A DNA stretch of 64,000 nucleotides from Lama glama (Eukaryota), in NCBI GenBank assembly GCA_028534125.1, contig CM052832.1:8556001-8620000 (forward strand), read 5' to 3'. The number at the start of each line of letters is the position of its first letter. Positions within the stretch are counted from its first letter, which is position 1. Under the pieces are notes generated by a model. That model was given only the letters and a program-made list of their open reading frames with translations. It was not told where the DNA came from and did no database searches. This document shows positions 42,411-54,059 of the stretch, piece by piece. A program made the position numbers and the translations under genes.

Positions 42411-43899
42411 GCACTCACCACACTGTCCTTGCTGATCACAATTTCCTAGGGCACCCACAAATTGTTCTCAGAAAGAGAAGGTTCTCAACCTTCTAGAAAT
42501 GGAGTCACAGCTAAATAACATCAGTTCTTCAGATACCTGAAGGTACTGAAGCTAATCTAGTGACAGTGACTAGTATTGGTCTGCCTTTTGGGGGCGTGGG
42601 GGGAGTGGGGAGCAGGAGATGGTTAGTGAGGAGTCCTAGATCAAACCAGACTTTCCAGTCCAATCATGGAGCAGATGCAGATCCTGAAAGAGGCTTCAGT
42701 AAGAAACATGCTCCCAACTCTAGTTTGGGCATAACCACAGGGCATCAAAGGAGTGAGGATCATACTCACTGCCTCTATGGCTGCAGACCTCTTCTCTTTT
42801 CTCCAACCTCAAGTCCACTATCTCTCAAGCCATGCTTAGTTTGGCTAGTGAAACTGATTTTCTTTTTTAAAAAACAGTTTGTTGGGGAGAATATAATGGA
42901 AAAGAAGAAAGCTATTAGAAAAGAAAAGGGCAAGCTCTACAATCCTTTCCTTCCAACACCACACTGGTCCAGGCTGTAAAGCAGCTCTCAATATCACACA
43001 GTGATGTGAAAAACATTCGCAGAGCTTTACGCCAGTCAGCTTGACCTCTTACCACAGACTGATACAGGTTTCTTCTCCGTAATTCCAACCTGCCTTCCTT
43101 CCTCCTCTGACCCCACCTACCCAACAAATCCATACCCCTAAAGAACACTAATGAGCCCTTCTTACCAAAAGAAAAGATCAAGAGGTAGACATGCTGTAAG
43201 AGTGATTTCCAAAATTGGTGACAGCAAGTACCTAAATAGCAAATACCATCAGAAATTTGTTTTCCTATGACTCCCCACCATCTTTCACCCACAAATCTCA
43301 CTTCAGGCAGGATACCAAACTGAAGATATGATGGGGAGACAAGAAAATATAGTGAGCATGAAGGAAGTTGCTTGTGACAGGATGTGCTAAAATACTTTCA
43401 GCCTGATCTCTAGGCTCTTGCCCACGTTCGCTTTTACAAGTGAAAGCACACAAGGCTCAATTCTACACCCAACTCTCAAAATCTGCGTGAGATCTAAGTA
43501 GAACACTAAGGGAGCACAGGCAAAGGGCAGCCTCTACAGAAGAGTGCCTTTTTCAGATTAAATGATTTTCAGCATCACTCGGAGCCCATGCATCCTGCTC
43601 ACAGGGAGCATGCCAGCCTGTCACCGGAGGCCACCTTACCCGCTCTGGGGTTGAGCTGGGGCAAGTCGCTACCTCTTCTTTCCAAGTAGGCACTGTGATT
43701 TCTTCCAGTCCCTGGGGCCCCTGAGTCTTCAGCTGAAATTGGGGCAGATGCTGCTATAAGAACCGTGGAAAGGCTGATCTAAGTCTGGAAGAGGGTCATT
43801 TGACTGGTTTTAGTTCCCTCCTTACCGAAACTGCCTAGCATGCTTCAGGTCTCTTTTCCCCTCTTTCCGACTATCCTCCTCTACGGAAAAGACCCCCTT

Positions 43900-44420
43900 T
43901 TCCTCTCCCACCCGCCTGCTGCCATCGGGCCTCGGCCCCACGCTCCAGGCTTTTGACTCTCGGTTAATAAGTTCCGCTTCAATTCGTGACTCTGCTTCTC
44001 CCGGGCTGCACACCTACTTCTGGCTCCCCCGCCTCGAACTCCCTCCCCCAGGACTACCAATGGAATCTAGGCCCCCTCCCTTCCATCCCTATCTCCTTTT
44101 TTTCTCTCCGCCTCCAACCTTTCACCATTCCATTTCCTCTTCTCAACCCCAGAGGTAGTCCCAGCTCCTCCCCAGCTCCATGCTGGTGTCCCCACGGTCT
44201 CCCCCAACTCTAGACTCCCTGCCCGGCTATTCCAATCCCACAACAAACTTTTGCCGCTGCCCACTGCCTTCAGACCGCCATCTTGCCGCGGGGCAGGCCG
44301 GGTAGTGGCCACAGCCGCGGGAATCCCCACGCACTGGGCGCGGCGCGTCATCGTGGGCGTGGTTATGGGGGCGTGGCCCCGAGCTGGGGAACTGGGGCGC
44401 TGGACCGTGGGGAAAGATTG
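43900..44420 (-). promoter_or_regulatory. TJAP1 CpG-island promoter and first non-coding exon(s)
   Basis: CpG-rich; YY1 AAGATGGCGG (minus) at 44275-44284; NF-kB-like GGGAATCCCC 44319-44328; two GGGCGTGG Sp/KLF boxes near 44354-44377; GTAAG donors downstream at 43825 and 43639. Confidence 0.7.
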
Positions 44421-44789
44421 GGGTCTTCTAAGAGCAGGATTTGGAGTTCTGGTCGCAGGGGAAGGAAGGGTCTGGAGTAGGGCGATAGCAGGAAAGCGGG
44501 GTGGGGGGGGAGATTCGAGTACTCAAAAAACAAACAAAAAAGAATGGGGGTGGGGAGGAGAAACAGCACAAAAATATAGTGAAAGAGTTGCAGCACTGGT
44601 TCCCCAGGGATCACCCGAAGGATGAAAGGCAGCTTTTCAGCTTGCCACACGGAGATAGGCAAGACCCAGCCTCTTTGACCTTGACCAGCCTCATTTTCCA
44701 TCTCTCCCAGGGACTGAAGTATTTCCAGTTATCTTGTTTTCAGGCCATCAGGCCTTAAAATGTTCAAACCCTCTCCTCCCCTTACATTA

Positions 44790-45420
44790 TGAATTCCTAC
44801 TCCTCCTTCAGCCCTCTACACAAATTGCCACCTCCTCCAGGAAGCCTTCCCCAATTTTCCAGGTTGGATTTTGTGCTCCTTTTGCTAAGTATCTCTAGCC
44901 ACTTACACATAACTTCACTGTAGCTATCCCGTGCTATAATTATTTACATGCTCTGTGCCTTACTAAGCTGCTGCCCCTTTGGGGCAAAAACTATGTCTGA
45001 ATGCCTGGCACACAAGAAATACTTAACAAATAAATACCATAGCATCCTCCAACACTATAAAATGTTTCAGCCTCAGGGCTTTTAGGTTTGCTATTCCCTG
45101 TGCCTGGAATGTGCTTCCTCCAGATATTTCCTCTCATTTGTGTCTCTGTTCAAATGTTACTACTTCAGAGAAGCCTTCCCTGGCAGTCTATCTAAAACAA
45201 CATCCAACATCCTCAATCACTCTCCCTTATCCTGTTTTAAAATTTTCTTTCATAGCAATTTTCATTATCTGACATATTTTTCTTTGTTTATTGACCATCT
45301 CCCACTAGAATGCAAGCTCCAGAGCTGGGACTTTTTCTGATTTGTTACTGTATCCTCAGTATCTAAAACAATGCCTGGCTTAGTGGGTACTCAATAGATG
45401 TTTATTGAATGAATAAATGA
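44790..45420 (+). mobile_element. L2 LINE 3' fragments
   Basis: CCTCCAGGAAGCCTTCCC, CCCACTAGAATGCAAGCTCC and ...TTTATTGAATGAATAAATGA L2 tail. Confidence 0.7.
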
Positions 45421-46679
45421 CATGGAGATTAGTGATAGATGGATTCTAGAATATAGTGATGGGGAGAAGGGGGTGAAAATACTGTACAACAGGGGAATGC
45501 ACAAATGGAAGATATAGGTGCCCACGGCCATATCAGGGATGGGAGGAAAGACTCAGCAAGGGAGGGAGGGAATAGGATGAGAGCCAGGTGGAATTCTGGA
45601 GCTGGGTCCTCAGGGAGCGGAGCTCTCCTGGGAAAGCCACAGCTCAGGTAGAGGAAATGGGATGGGCTGGAGCCTGAGGAGGTTACTCAGATCTAAAGAC
45701 AATATCCACCCCAAGCCCAGGCCTCTTTTGGCCAGATGGTTCCGGAGAAACCTTAGCATCTGTTCCTCCGTAAATTATCCAGTGCTCCCTCCTGCCTGTC
45801 TTCTCTGGTGACACCCGGAACAATTGTCCAGGAATTCCATCTGCTCCCTGGTCCTGCTCCCCTCCAAAGCTCATCAACATTGCAGAGTGGAGAGGTGTCC
45901 CATTTCCCAGGGCCTGCGGTTGGGGGCTGGGTCTGTCCCTTGATGGAGCTGGCCTCAAGCACTCGCTCCTCTAACAACACAAACAAATAAAGCCTCAGCA
46001 GAGAATCCCAGGCCCCTGGAATTTAGTTCTCATCCTGTCCATGCTTTTCAATCTGATAGAACTTTTTATTAGTAGTAATTTAATAAAATTACACTAAATA
46101 AATCAATTATGTTGATTTTTACAGAACTTTTCAAATAAGAGTTCCCAATCATTATACATTTCCACACAGTTCCCTTTAAATTGCTCACACAATACTTTCA
46201 AAATGTGACATTTGTCATGATATAAGACCACAAGCTCAGATTTTTTTTTAATGACTTTTACAGTTTACTAAAAGGAATCTGCCTGAAGGAAGAAATAGAA
46301 AAGAAAAATCCTCTCTCCACCTTTCCTGAAATTGTTTTGGGAGGAGGAAGGGAGGCTCATGAACTGTCCAGTAAACATAGGGTATATAAATCTGAAAAGC
46401 AATTCAAGGTTATATTTTGTAAAAAAGGAAGGTACCAATAAACATAAATATACCTTTGAAAAGAAAGGGAGTCCCAGTCTTCCAGCGTTTTTAACTTTTA
46501 GGATATATAAGGTAAAGTTCTTTTTCCTCTGAGGAGGCTGGTTGACCTCATCACTCCCTTCTCTGTGGATGCACAAATGCGTGTGTGTGCCTACTGTTCC
46601 TTCGGCCACAGTTACATGATTGTTCACCATCGCTATAAGAGAACTATGAGAAAGGTGGTAAAGATTTAAGATCTCTTCT

Positions 46680-47590
46680 AGGCTTTCAGGGTTTTATGAA
46701 ATAGGTGTATTTGTGGAAGAGTCAGGGTTACTACATTTTGATGGCAGTTTTCATATGATTGTGCCTTGGTGTCCACAGGGCTATGGGGGCTGTAGAGCCC
46801 ACCTGCACAAACATGGTCAAGTATTTTCCAGAGCACAATCCACCCAGATCCAAGACAGTTCTTTCTTCTGATTTCATTCATGTAGATCCAGTCTCCCAGC
46901 TGGAATGAGTGTGTTTGTGTGGAGTCCAGGCTTGGCAGAGAGAAGAGAATAGAAGTGGGTCTTGGGATAAGACAGCAAGTTGAGCTCCAGCTATTGGAGG
47001 GAATTGCTGGGGAAAAAAGTTGAAACCATCCTGGGTTCAGCTCCATAATCCTTTGAACTGTTCATTGTGTCAGCTTAAAGGGCCCTAGCCCATGTGCAGC
47101 TGTTTCAGTTGCAATTGACATTAACTACTAATAGTTTTTTGTTCATTTGCTTGCTTTTCCATTTTATTGCTAAGTGCTTTATTTTTTAATTTTTATAAAG
47201 CTTTTTAAAGGTTACACTCCATTTACAGTCATTACAAATATCTACTAATAGTTTGAAGCCAGGAGGCTGCCTATCTCTCTCATTTGACCTGACTGGACAT
47301 GCTGAACCCTATTTACATGGTTGTTTTGACAATGCTTTCAAAACCTCAAGAGGTGATAACTTCGTCTGCTTCCCTAGATTTAATTTCTACATATTTCCTA
47401 ATTCTTCTGTCCGTTAATAGAAGTCCACAGCTGCCACCCTGGTGGGTAAGCTTTTATTATGTATAAATGTTTCTTTTCCTAACTCTGGATTTTGAATTTG
47501 ATGGGTGTCTAAGATGTGTAATTTTAAAGACCTTGAAACCTCGTGGAATCTTGCATTCCTTAATATTCTTAGAGCCACTTAACTCTTAAA
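46680..47590 (-). mobile_element. Degenerate endogenous retrovirus internal (integrase) remnant
   Basis: Minus-strand HSFQLGDWIYMNEIRRKNCL resembles the retroviral integrase C-terminal HxFQPGDWV motif; KLSPLEVL near 47345-47365 resembles LSPFEIL. Confidence 0.4.
47138..47241 (-). mobile_element. Short 5'-truncated L1 3' end with a 13-bp TSD
   Basis: Perfect TSD CTACTAATAGTTT at 47125-47137 and 47242-47254; T-rich tail and L1MA-type AAAGGTTACACTCCATTTACAGT. Confidence 0.6.
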
Positions 47591-48599
47591 AGAGACAATG
47601 AAGGCAGGAACTCAAATAAATATTTCTGTACCCAAATATGCAATAATGCTACTCANNNNNNNNNNNNNNNNNNNNNNNNNNNNNNNNNNNNNNNNNNNNN
47701 NNNNNNNNNNNNNNNNNNNNNNNNNNNNNNNNNNNNNNNNNNNNNNNNNNNNNNNNNNNNNNNNNNNNNNNNNNNNNNNNNNNNNNNNNNNNNNNNNNNN
47801 NNNNNNNNNNNNNNNNNNNNNNNNNNNNNNNNNNNNNNNNNNNNNNNNNNNNNNNNNNNNNNNNNNNNNNNNNNNNNNNNNNNNNNNNNNNNNNNNNNNN
47901 NNNNNNNNNNNNNNNNNNNNNNNNNNNNNNNNNNNNNNNNNNNNNNNNNNNNNNNNNNNNNNNNNNNNNNNNNNNNNNNNNNNNNNNNNNNNNNNNNNNN
48001 NNNNNGTTGCCCAACAACATGAATATTGGCAATCAATGTTAATACCACTGAAATGTACACTTAAAATTGTCTAAAATGGGAAATGCTATATATTCATCCC
48101 ATATATCTTTATATGATACCAAGTCTTGTTTTCTGGCTTCTGGTAGAGTCCCACTTCTGCCAGCTCTAAGGCAGGGGCTTGCTGAGGGCAGGGCTTGTCT
48201 CCCCACTCAGACTTTGGGCACCCTCAGGTGAAAAGCTGTTCCTCCCCTCTCAGACTTCAATTTTGAGTCCTGGGGAAGCTGGAAGGTTTTGAGTAGAGAT
48301 ATGATTTCGTCTAACCTCTATCTTTTAAATAAACTTTTAATTTTGGGGTAATTTTAGATTTACAGGAAAGTTTCAAAAATAGTAAAGAGAGTTCCCATTC
48401 ACCCAGTTTGCCCTAGTGTTAACACTATGCATTACCGTGGTACATTTGTCAAAACTATGAAGCCAACATTGGTACCTTGTGTAAACTAAACTCCAGACTT
48501 TACTCAGACTTCACCAGTTTTTTCACTAATGATATTTTTCTGTTTTAGGGTTCAATTTAGAATACCACATGGCATTTTGCTGGCTTCCACTTTATCATG

Positions 48600-50150
48600 A
48601 TCACCCTGTCTGCTATAGGACAATAGAAGACCCATTAGGGAGCTGTTGTGGTGGTCCAGGCAAGATATAGTGCGGCTTGGACCCAAGTGTTAGAGGTCAG
48701 ATTGTAGAAAGTGGACAAATTCTGGATGAACTTGGAGGCAGAGTCAACAATATTTGCAGGACACCAAATGTAAGAGAGAGGAGTATTAAGCATGATGCCA
48801 AGGATTTTGGCTTAAAACACTTGGCCATTCACTGATGTATCTAAGACTGGCACAGGAAGACTGTTTGGGGCTGGAAATCAGGAGCTTGCCTTTGGACATG
48901 CTAAGTCTGAGTTGCCCATTGGACAAAAAATCCAAGTGGAGATATTGAGTAGGCAGTTGGATACACAAGTCTGAATTTCAAGGATAAATCTTGGTTAGAA
49001 ATATAAACTTGGGAGTCATTAGCTTATAGATAGTATTTAAAGCCATTAGACTGGAAGATACCATGAAGGAAGTGAGTTAAAGTAGAAAAGAGAAGAGGTC
49101 TGAGCCCTCTTGAGCCCTGGGACTGTGGAAGAAATTGGGAAGATGAGGAGGAAGCAAAGGAGACTGGTGTGGCCATTGTGGTAGGTAGAAAAGCTCGTGA
49201 GATTGATCCTAGAAGCCCAGTAAGCCCATGTATCAAATGCAGCTTACAGAGCCATGGAGATTAGGACTGAGAAGTCACTGTTGGATTTGGCAATGGTGAG
49301 GGCACTGGTGACCTTGACAAGAGTAATTCTGATGGAGTGATGGGGCCAGAGTGGGTCCAAGAGAAAATGAGAAGAGAGGAGGTGAAGACAGCAGATATAG
49401 ACACATGTTTTTTGAAAAATGTTCAGTAAAGGGGAGCAGAAAATTGTAGCTGGAAGAGAACATGGGATTGAGGGAGGTTATTTATTTTAAGACGGGAGAG
49501 GGGATGGTGTAAATGATCCCACGGAGAGAAAACTGATGAGGCAGAGTGGATGGGGAGAACTGCTGGAGCCCCATAGTGACACAGGTGAGAAGGGATGGGA
49601 ATTCGTGCCCGGGTGAAGGGAGGGGTTCCCCTATGTAAGGATGCTGGTGGCACAGCTATGGTAACAGGAGGGAAGAGAGTATATGGAAACAGATGCAGGT
49701 GGGCGGAGGAGGCGTGTGGAAATACTCTTCAGATTGCTTCTATTTTCTTCATGAAGTTGGAAGCAAGACCACCAGCAGAGCAACGAGGAAGGAGGAAGGG
49801 TTGGGGGTTGGAAGAGCTAAAAATAGTTGTCGGGGAGGCTGAGAGAGTGCACTGAACTGGGAAAACGCAACACTGGTGACCAACACAAAGGGTGTTTGAG
49901 AGAATGAGTTTAAGTGAGACCCGTCAGCCTGGATATGTGTTTTTTCCAGCCTCATTCAGCTGCTTGGGTGCAGGTCAGAGAAGTCACCATGGTGGGGTTT
50001 TACCAGATGGATAGGTTTGGTGAGAGGGGCCAGGGAGTTGGTATATGCAAGGAGATGATTATAATGAAAGACCATGGAATCAAAGCTGGGTAAGGAGGGA
50101 TGCGTGGATGTGAAGGGATGGGGTCGCTGAAAAGGGGGTGGATCAATAGA
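48600..50150 (-). mobile_element. Long L2 LINE fragment
   Basis: GA-rich L2 motifs (TTTGGACATGCTAAGTCTGAG, GTAGGCAGTTGGATAC, TTGGGAGTCATTAGC, TTGGATTTGGCAA...GGTGACCTTGACAAGAG). Confidence 0.75.
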
Positions 50151-50157
50151 TGTGAGA

Positions 50158-50410
50158 CAGGGCCAACTTATGAGGTACAATTCCTAAGGCCCCCAATTCT
50201 TTTAGGGGCACACAAAATGTTTTAATTTAGTTTAAAATCAGAAGAAAAAAGTAAATATAATAAAAATGAATATATAATAATGAATCCAGTCTGGATTATA
50301 TTCATCTTGATACCAAAGCAATGATAAAATAGTTTTTAATATTCTTTCAAAAGGAAGGGATTCATGAAGGCTAAGTGTCTAAGGCCCACAAAAGTTGTAA
50401 TGTGAGCTTT
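50158..50410. mobile_element. hAT-family MITE (MER96B-like)
   Basis: CAGGGCC start, AT-rich core TTTTAAAATCAGAAGAAAAA...AATGAATCCAGTCTGGATTATATTCAT, degenerate terminal repeat. Confidence 0.5.
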
Positions 50411-50671
50411 ATGGGTGATCTTAGTGGGTCCAAGTTCAATATTTGTTGAATATATTTATAATGGCAAAAATGTAAACACAACCTAAGTGTCCAGAATTCT
50501 TTGAGTCCAGGTACTATGGGCTGAAAAGATGGGAGCTGGTGATAGGAAAGTGTGATACTTAAAACTGAGATTATGGATTGTGTGAATCAATTGGTAATAA
50601 CAAGGTTTGGGTGGGAACATCCTTCTCATTGGTGGAGAAGAAGAAATCAAGGATAAAACCAGGGAAGCTGG

Positions 50672-51186
50672 TTTTATCAGTTACCTATTGCCATATCAAC
50701 AACACCCCAAAATATAGTGGCTTAAACAGCCCACCCCCAACTTATCTGCTTATCACCATTTATCTGGTAACATGGGCTGGGCTCTGCTGAACAGTTCTTC
50801 TGTTGGTCTTGCCTAGGCTTACTCATGAGGCTGCAGTCATCTGGGTAGGACCTCCCATGTGGTGGATGTTGGCCAGGTTACCTCAGTTCTCTTCCATGGG
50901 GCTTCTCATCTTCCAGTAGGCCAGACTGGACTTCTTTACATGACGTTGGAAGTTTTCTAAGAGGGCAAAAGGGGAGCTGTGAGAGCTCTTGAGGCCCAGA
51001 CTCTGGGGACTCACACAGTGTCATTTTGCCACATTCTATTAGTCAAAACAAGCCATAAGTCCAGCCCAAATTCATGGGGTTGAGAAACAGACTTGACTTT
51101 TTGCTAGGAGGAGCATCAAAATGACTGCAAAGGGTCATGTGGGACAGTTGGAAGTGGAGTGGCCATCTTTACAAACAAACTATCAC
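50672..51186 (-). mobile_element. MLT1 (ERVL-MaLR) solo LTR
   Basis: CACCCCAAAATATAGTGGCTTAAAC...TCATTTTGCCACATTCTATTAGTCAAAAC...CCAGCCCAAATTCATGGGG, typical MLT1 reverse sequence. Confidence 0.7.
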
Positions 51187-52649
51187 GGTCATTGGAGAAA
51201 TTGGTCCTGAATCAAGAATCACCAAGAATTTGACAGAACTGAGCGTGAAAATCATGATGATCTTTAAAGCATGAGGGAGTAGTGATAAAATCTGATGCCA
51301 TCATCTTCCAAAGCTTCAAATATGTTTATTGTTTCATCAGTGAATGCCAATGAGTTTCATTAACAAAAAGGAACTGTTCATTTTCCACAACTGCTTTGGC
51401 TCAGTCACTCACCAATTCAGACTCTATCTTAAGGAAGGAACCTAAAATATGGAAAAAGCTACATGCATGAAAATTTGTGACATTACTATTTATCTGGGAG
51501 CTGTAGCCCCAGTGCCTAGGATGATGTCTGGCACATAGGAGTAGTACATGGGTGCTCAGTAAATACTTGTTGAATGAATTCATAATGGCAAATAGTAAAT
51601 ACAAGCTAAGTATCCAATAAAGGACTAGGTTAAATAAATCATGGTGTATCTATTTAGGGAATATTATGCAGCCATAAAAGATTATGCTTTTTGAGGACTA
51701 TCAACATACGATGTGGAGTGAAAAAAAAAGGGGGGGATATCACATTACAGTTGCTGTGTATAAACATCTGGATAGGAAAAGGAGTCAAAACAACAACAGT
51801 GGTTTTACCAAGCTAATAGGATCATGGGTGATTTTTAAATTTTTACTTTATACTCAAAGTTCTTTAATGTTACTGAATTTCTTTAATAATAATAAAAACT
51901 GAGTATGTTCATCATGAAAAAAAGGAAATGCTGGAAAGCATCAATAAGAAAAAAAACCTATAATTCCATTATTTAGAGAAAAAAACACTACCAACTTTTC
52001 AGATATGTTCTGCTTTGTTTCTTGCTTCTTCCCCTCCACCTAACATATTCTTAATTTTTTTGATATCTTTTGATTTCCAAAAGGTGATTTTAGTAGTCAC
52101 ATAGTGTTGATATATCACAATCTCTTTGGCCTACAGTAATTTTGGACATTATAGACTGTGAAGTTTTTCAATGAAAAAAATTAAACGAAGTAAATGGTTA
52201 GAGCTGTGGCATTATTCATCTCAAATTCAGAAAGCTCTTCAGGAAAGAGGTGATCGGAGTTTCAGAGAAGGGAGATGAGGTATGGCTGTTAATGCTCAAT
52301 AGAGACTGTAAGAAAAATTAGTCCAGGGGCTCTGATCTGTGGGGGTGTCTGTAGGAAGCTGGCACGGGCTAGGGACTCCTTCCCATATTTTGAACTTAAA
52401 GATAGTGAAATCTTGATTTGGAGGACTAGAGATGGGCAGTGGTGGTCCTGACCTCTGCCTCTTGATCTGCACAAACAAGAAACTTCCCTGCCCTTGCCTG
52501 GCACAGATGTCTCTGAGCCATTAGCCTGGAAAGGTAGGGGTCCCCCACTCCCTGTAGATTACTCTTAGTCTGAGCTCTGGGTTTAGGTGGTCCACGATTA
52601 GCCTGAGGTCATGAACGGATGTGATCAAGGTACAGAGGTCGGAATTTGG

Positions 52650-53506
52650 GCGGCACATTTACAGAGTCGGAGCGTTCCCAGTGCAGGCAGTCTTCCCAGT
52701 AGTGGTCGCGGAAAGGAATGGGGTGGGAAAGACAGACTCCCAACACGGAGGGAAGAGTGGAGAGGGTGGGTGAGTGCCAGGCTAATGCTTAGGCGGGGAT
52801 GCATCCTAGATGGCTGTGGATGAGGAAAGAAGCGGACGGCGCGGAGGAGGAGAGGAGCAGACAGATGAAGCAGGATTTACAAACGGAGGAGGAGTGGGCT
52901 GTTGACAGGAGGAGGGCCGGGAGCGGCAGGTATGCCCTGAGCGTGCACGGGTTGTATATGAGAGGCGTGATGGGAAGCGGATTGGTGAGAGGAGAGGTGG
53001 GGCGTGGGGAGAGCGGCGCGGGTCAAGAGAGCGGAGATGAGAGATGGAGAATAACCGCTGCGCACATTTGGTCGACCTTCTACAGTCTGCTCCCACTTAG
53101 ATTCCCATAATTTCCTACTGTTGGAGTGAGCAAGGTTCGGAGAGGTCGGGTGTCAACAGAGGATGTGGGGGCGGGTGTGCGCGGTGCGTCGCCGGGGGTG
53201 GGCGCCTGGCGCAGGCGGTGGAGGGCGGGCCGGCGGCGGCCCGGGATGGGAGGGGGGAGGCGGGTTCCGCCGGCACACGCCACCCCTGGCAGGCTGCCTG
53301 AGCGCGTGTGAGGAGCCGCCGCCGCTGCCGCTCGGGGTCCCCTTGAGCCCCAGATTCCCCAGCGCTCGGCTCATATGGCAGCCGCCTCGGCACCCGGACC
53401 CGCGGCCCGCTAAGGGGCGGCCCCGCGGCCCGGCCCAGCCCTTCGGCGGAGCCCGTCGGATCCGGCCCCGCTCTGCGCCCCGGGGAGCTCTGTCTCCGAG
53501 CCCGAG
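52650..53506 (+). promoter_or_regulatory. DLK2 CpG-island promoter and non-coding exon 1 (donor at 53507)
   Basis: CpG-dense; ATTGG (CCAAT) at 52981; GC boxes; GAG|GTGAGG donor at 53506/53507. The next exon starts at 54005. Confidence 0.7.
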
Positions 53507-54059
53507 GTGAGGACCAAGAGGGCAGAGGCGCGCTGGGCTGGGGGCGCTCAGAAGATCCCAGGCCCGGCGCCGTGGCTGAGCCGAGAGCGGCGGAAATAGG
53601 AAAGGGACGTGAGAGCAAGTCCTACGAGGAGTTGGGGATGCGGGGCTGGGAATTCTTGCCGCCGGGAACCGGCCCCCGCGTCCCCTCCGTCCTCGAGGCC
53701 GCCTCTCGACGCTGTCCCAGTCCCCGCAGACTCCGTCCCGACTGCGTTCCCAGTCCCGGCCCATCCTCGCCCAGACCTTTCTCCAGTCTGTCCATCCTTC
53801 ACCTCCCTCCTGCAGAGCCTGCTCCCGGTCCCTGTCTCCAATTCCTTCGCCTGCTCAAACCTTCCTCGCCCCCGCCCTCTCGCTGCCCTCACCTCCTTCT
53901 TCTGTCTGGACGCCCCTTTACTCCCTCGGCTCCTGTCACTCGAAACAGGAATCCATGCCACTATCCCCGGGTCCGGCCGCCTCCCAGCCTGTGCCACCCC
54001 ACAGGTGTCTGCACGCCCGTCCGTCCGTCTGTCCCTCCCTCCTGGGGCTGGCACTGACC

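Noticed and set aside
45683-45990. Exon-like minus-strand segment with 77-91 aa ORFs
   Set aside because: No recognisable homology and no partner exons.
53375-53413. Short uORF MAAASAPGPAAR in DLK2 exon 1
   Set aside because: Common feature, weak context (pyrimidine at -3), and the TSS position is unknown.
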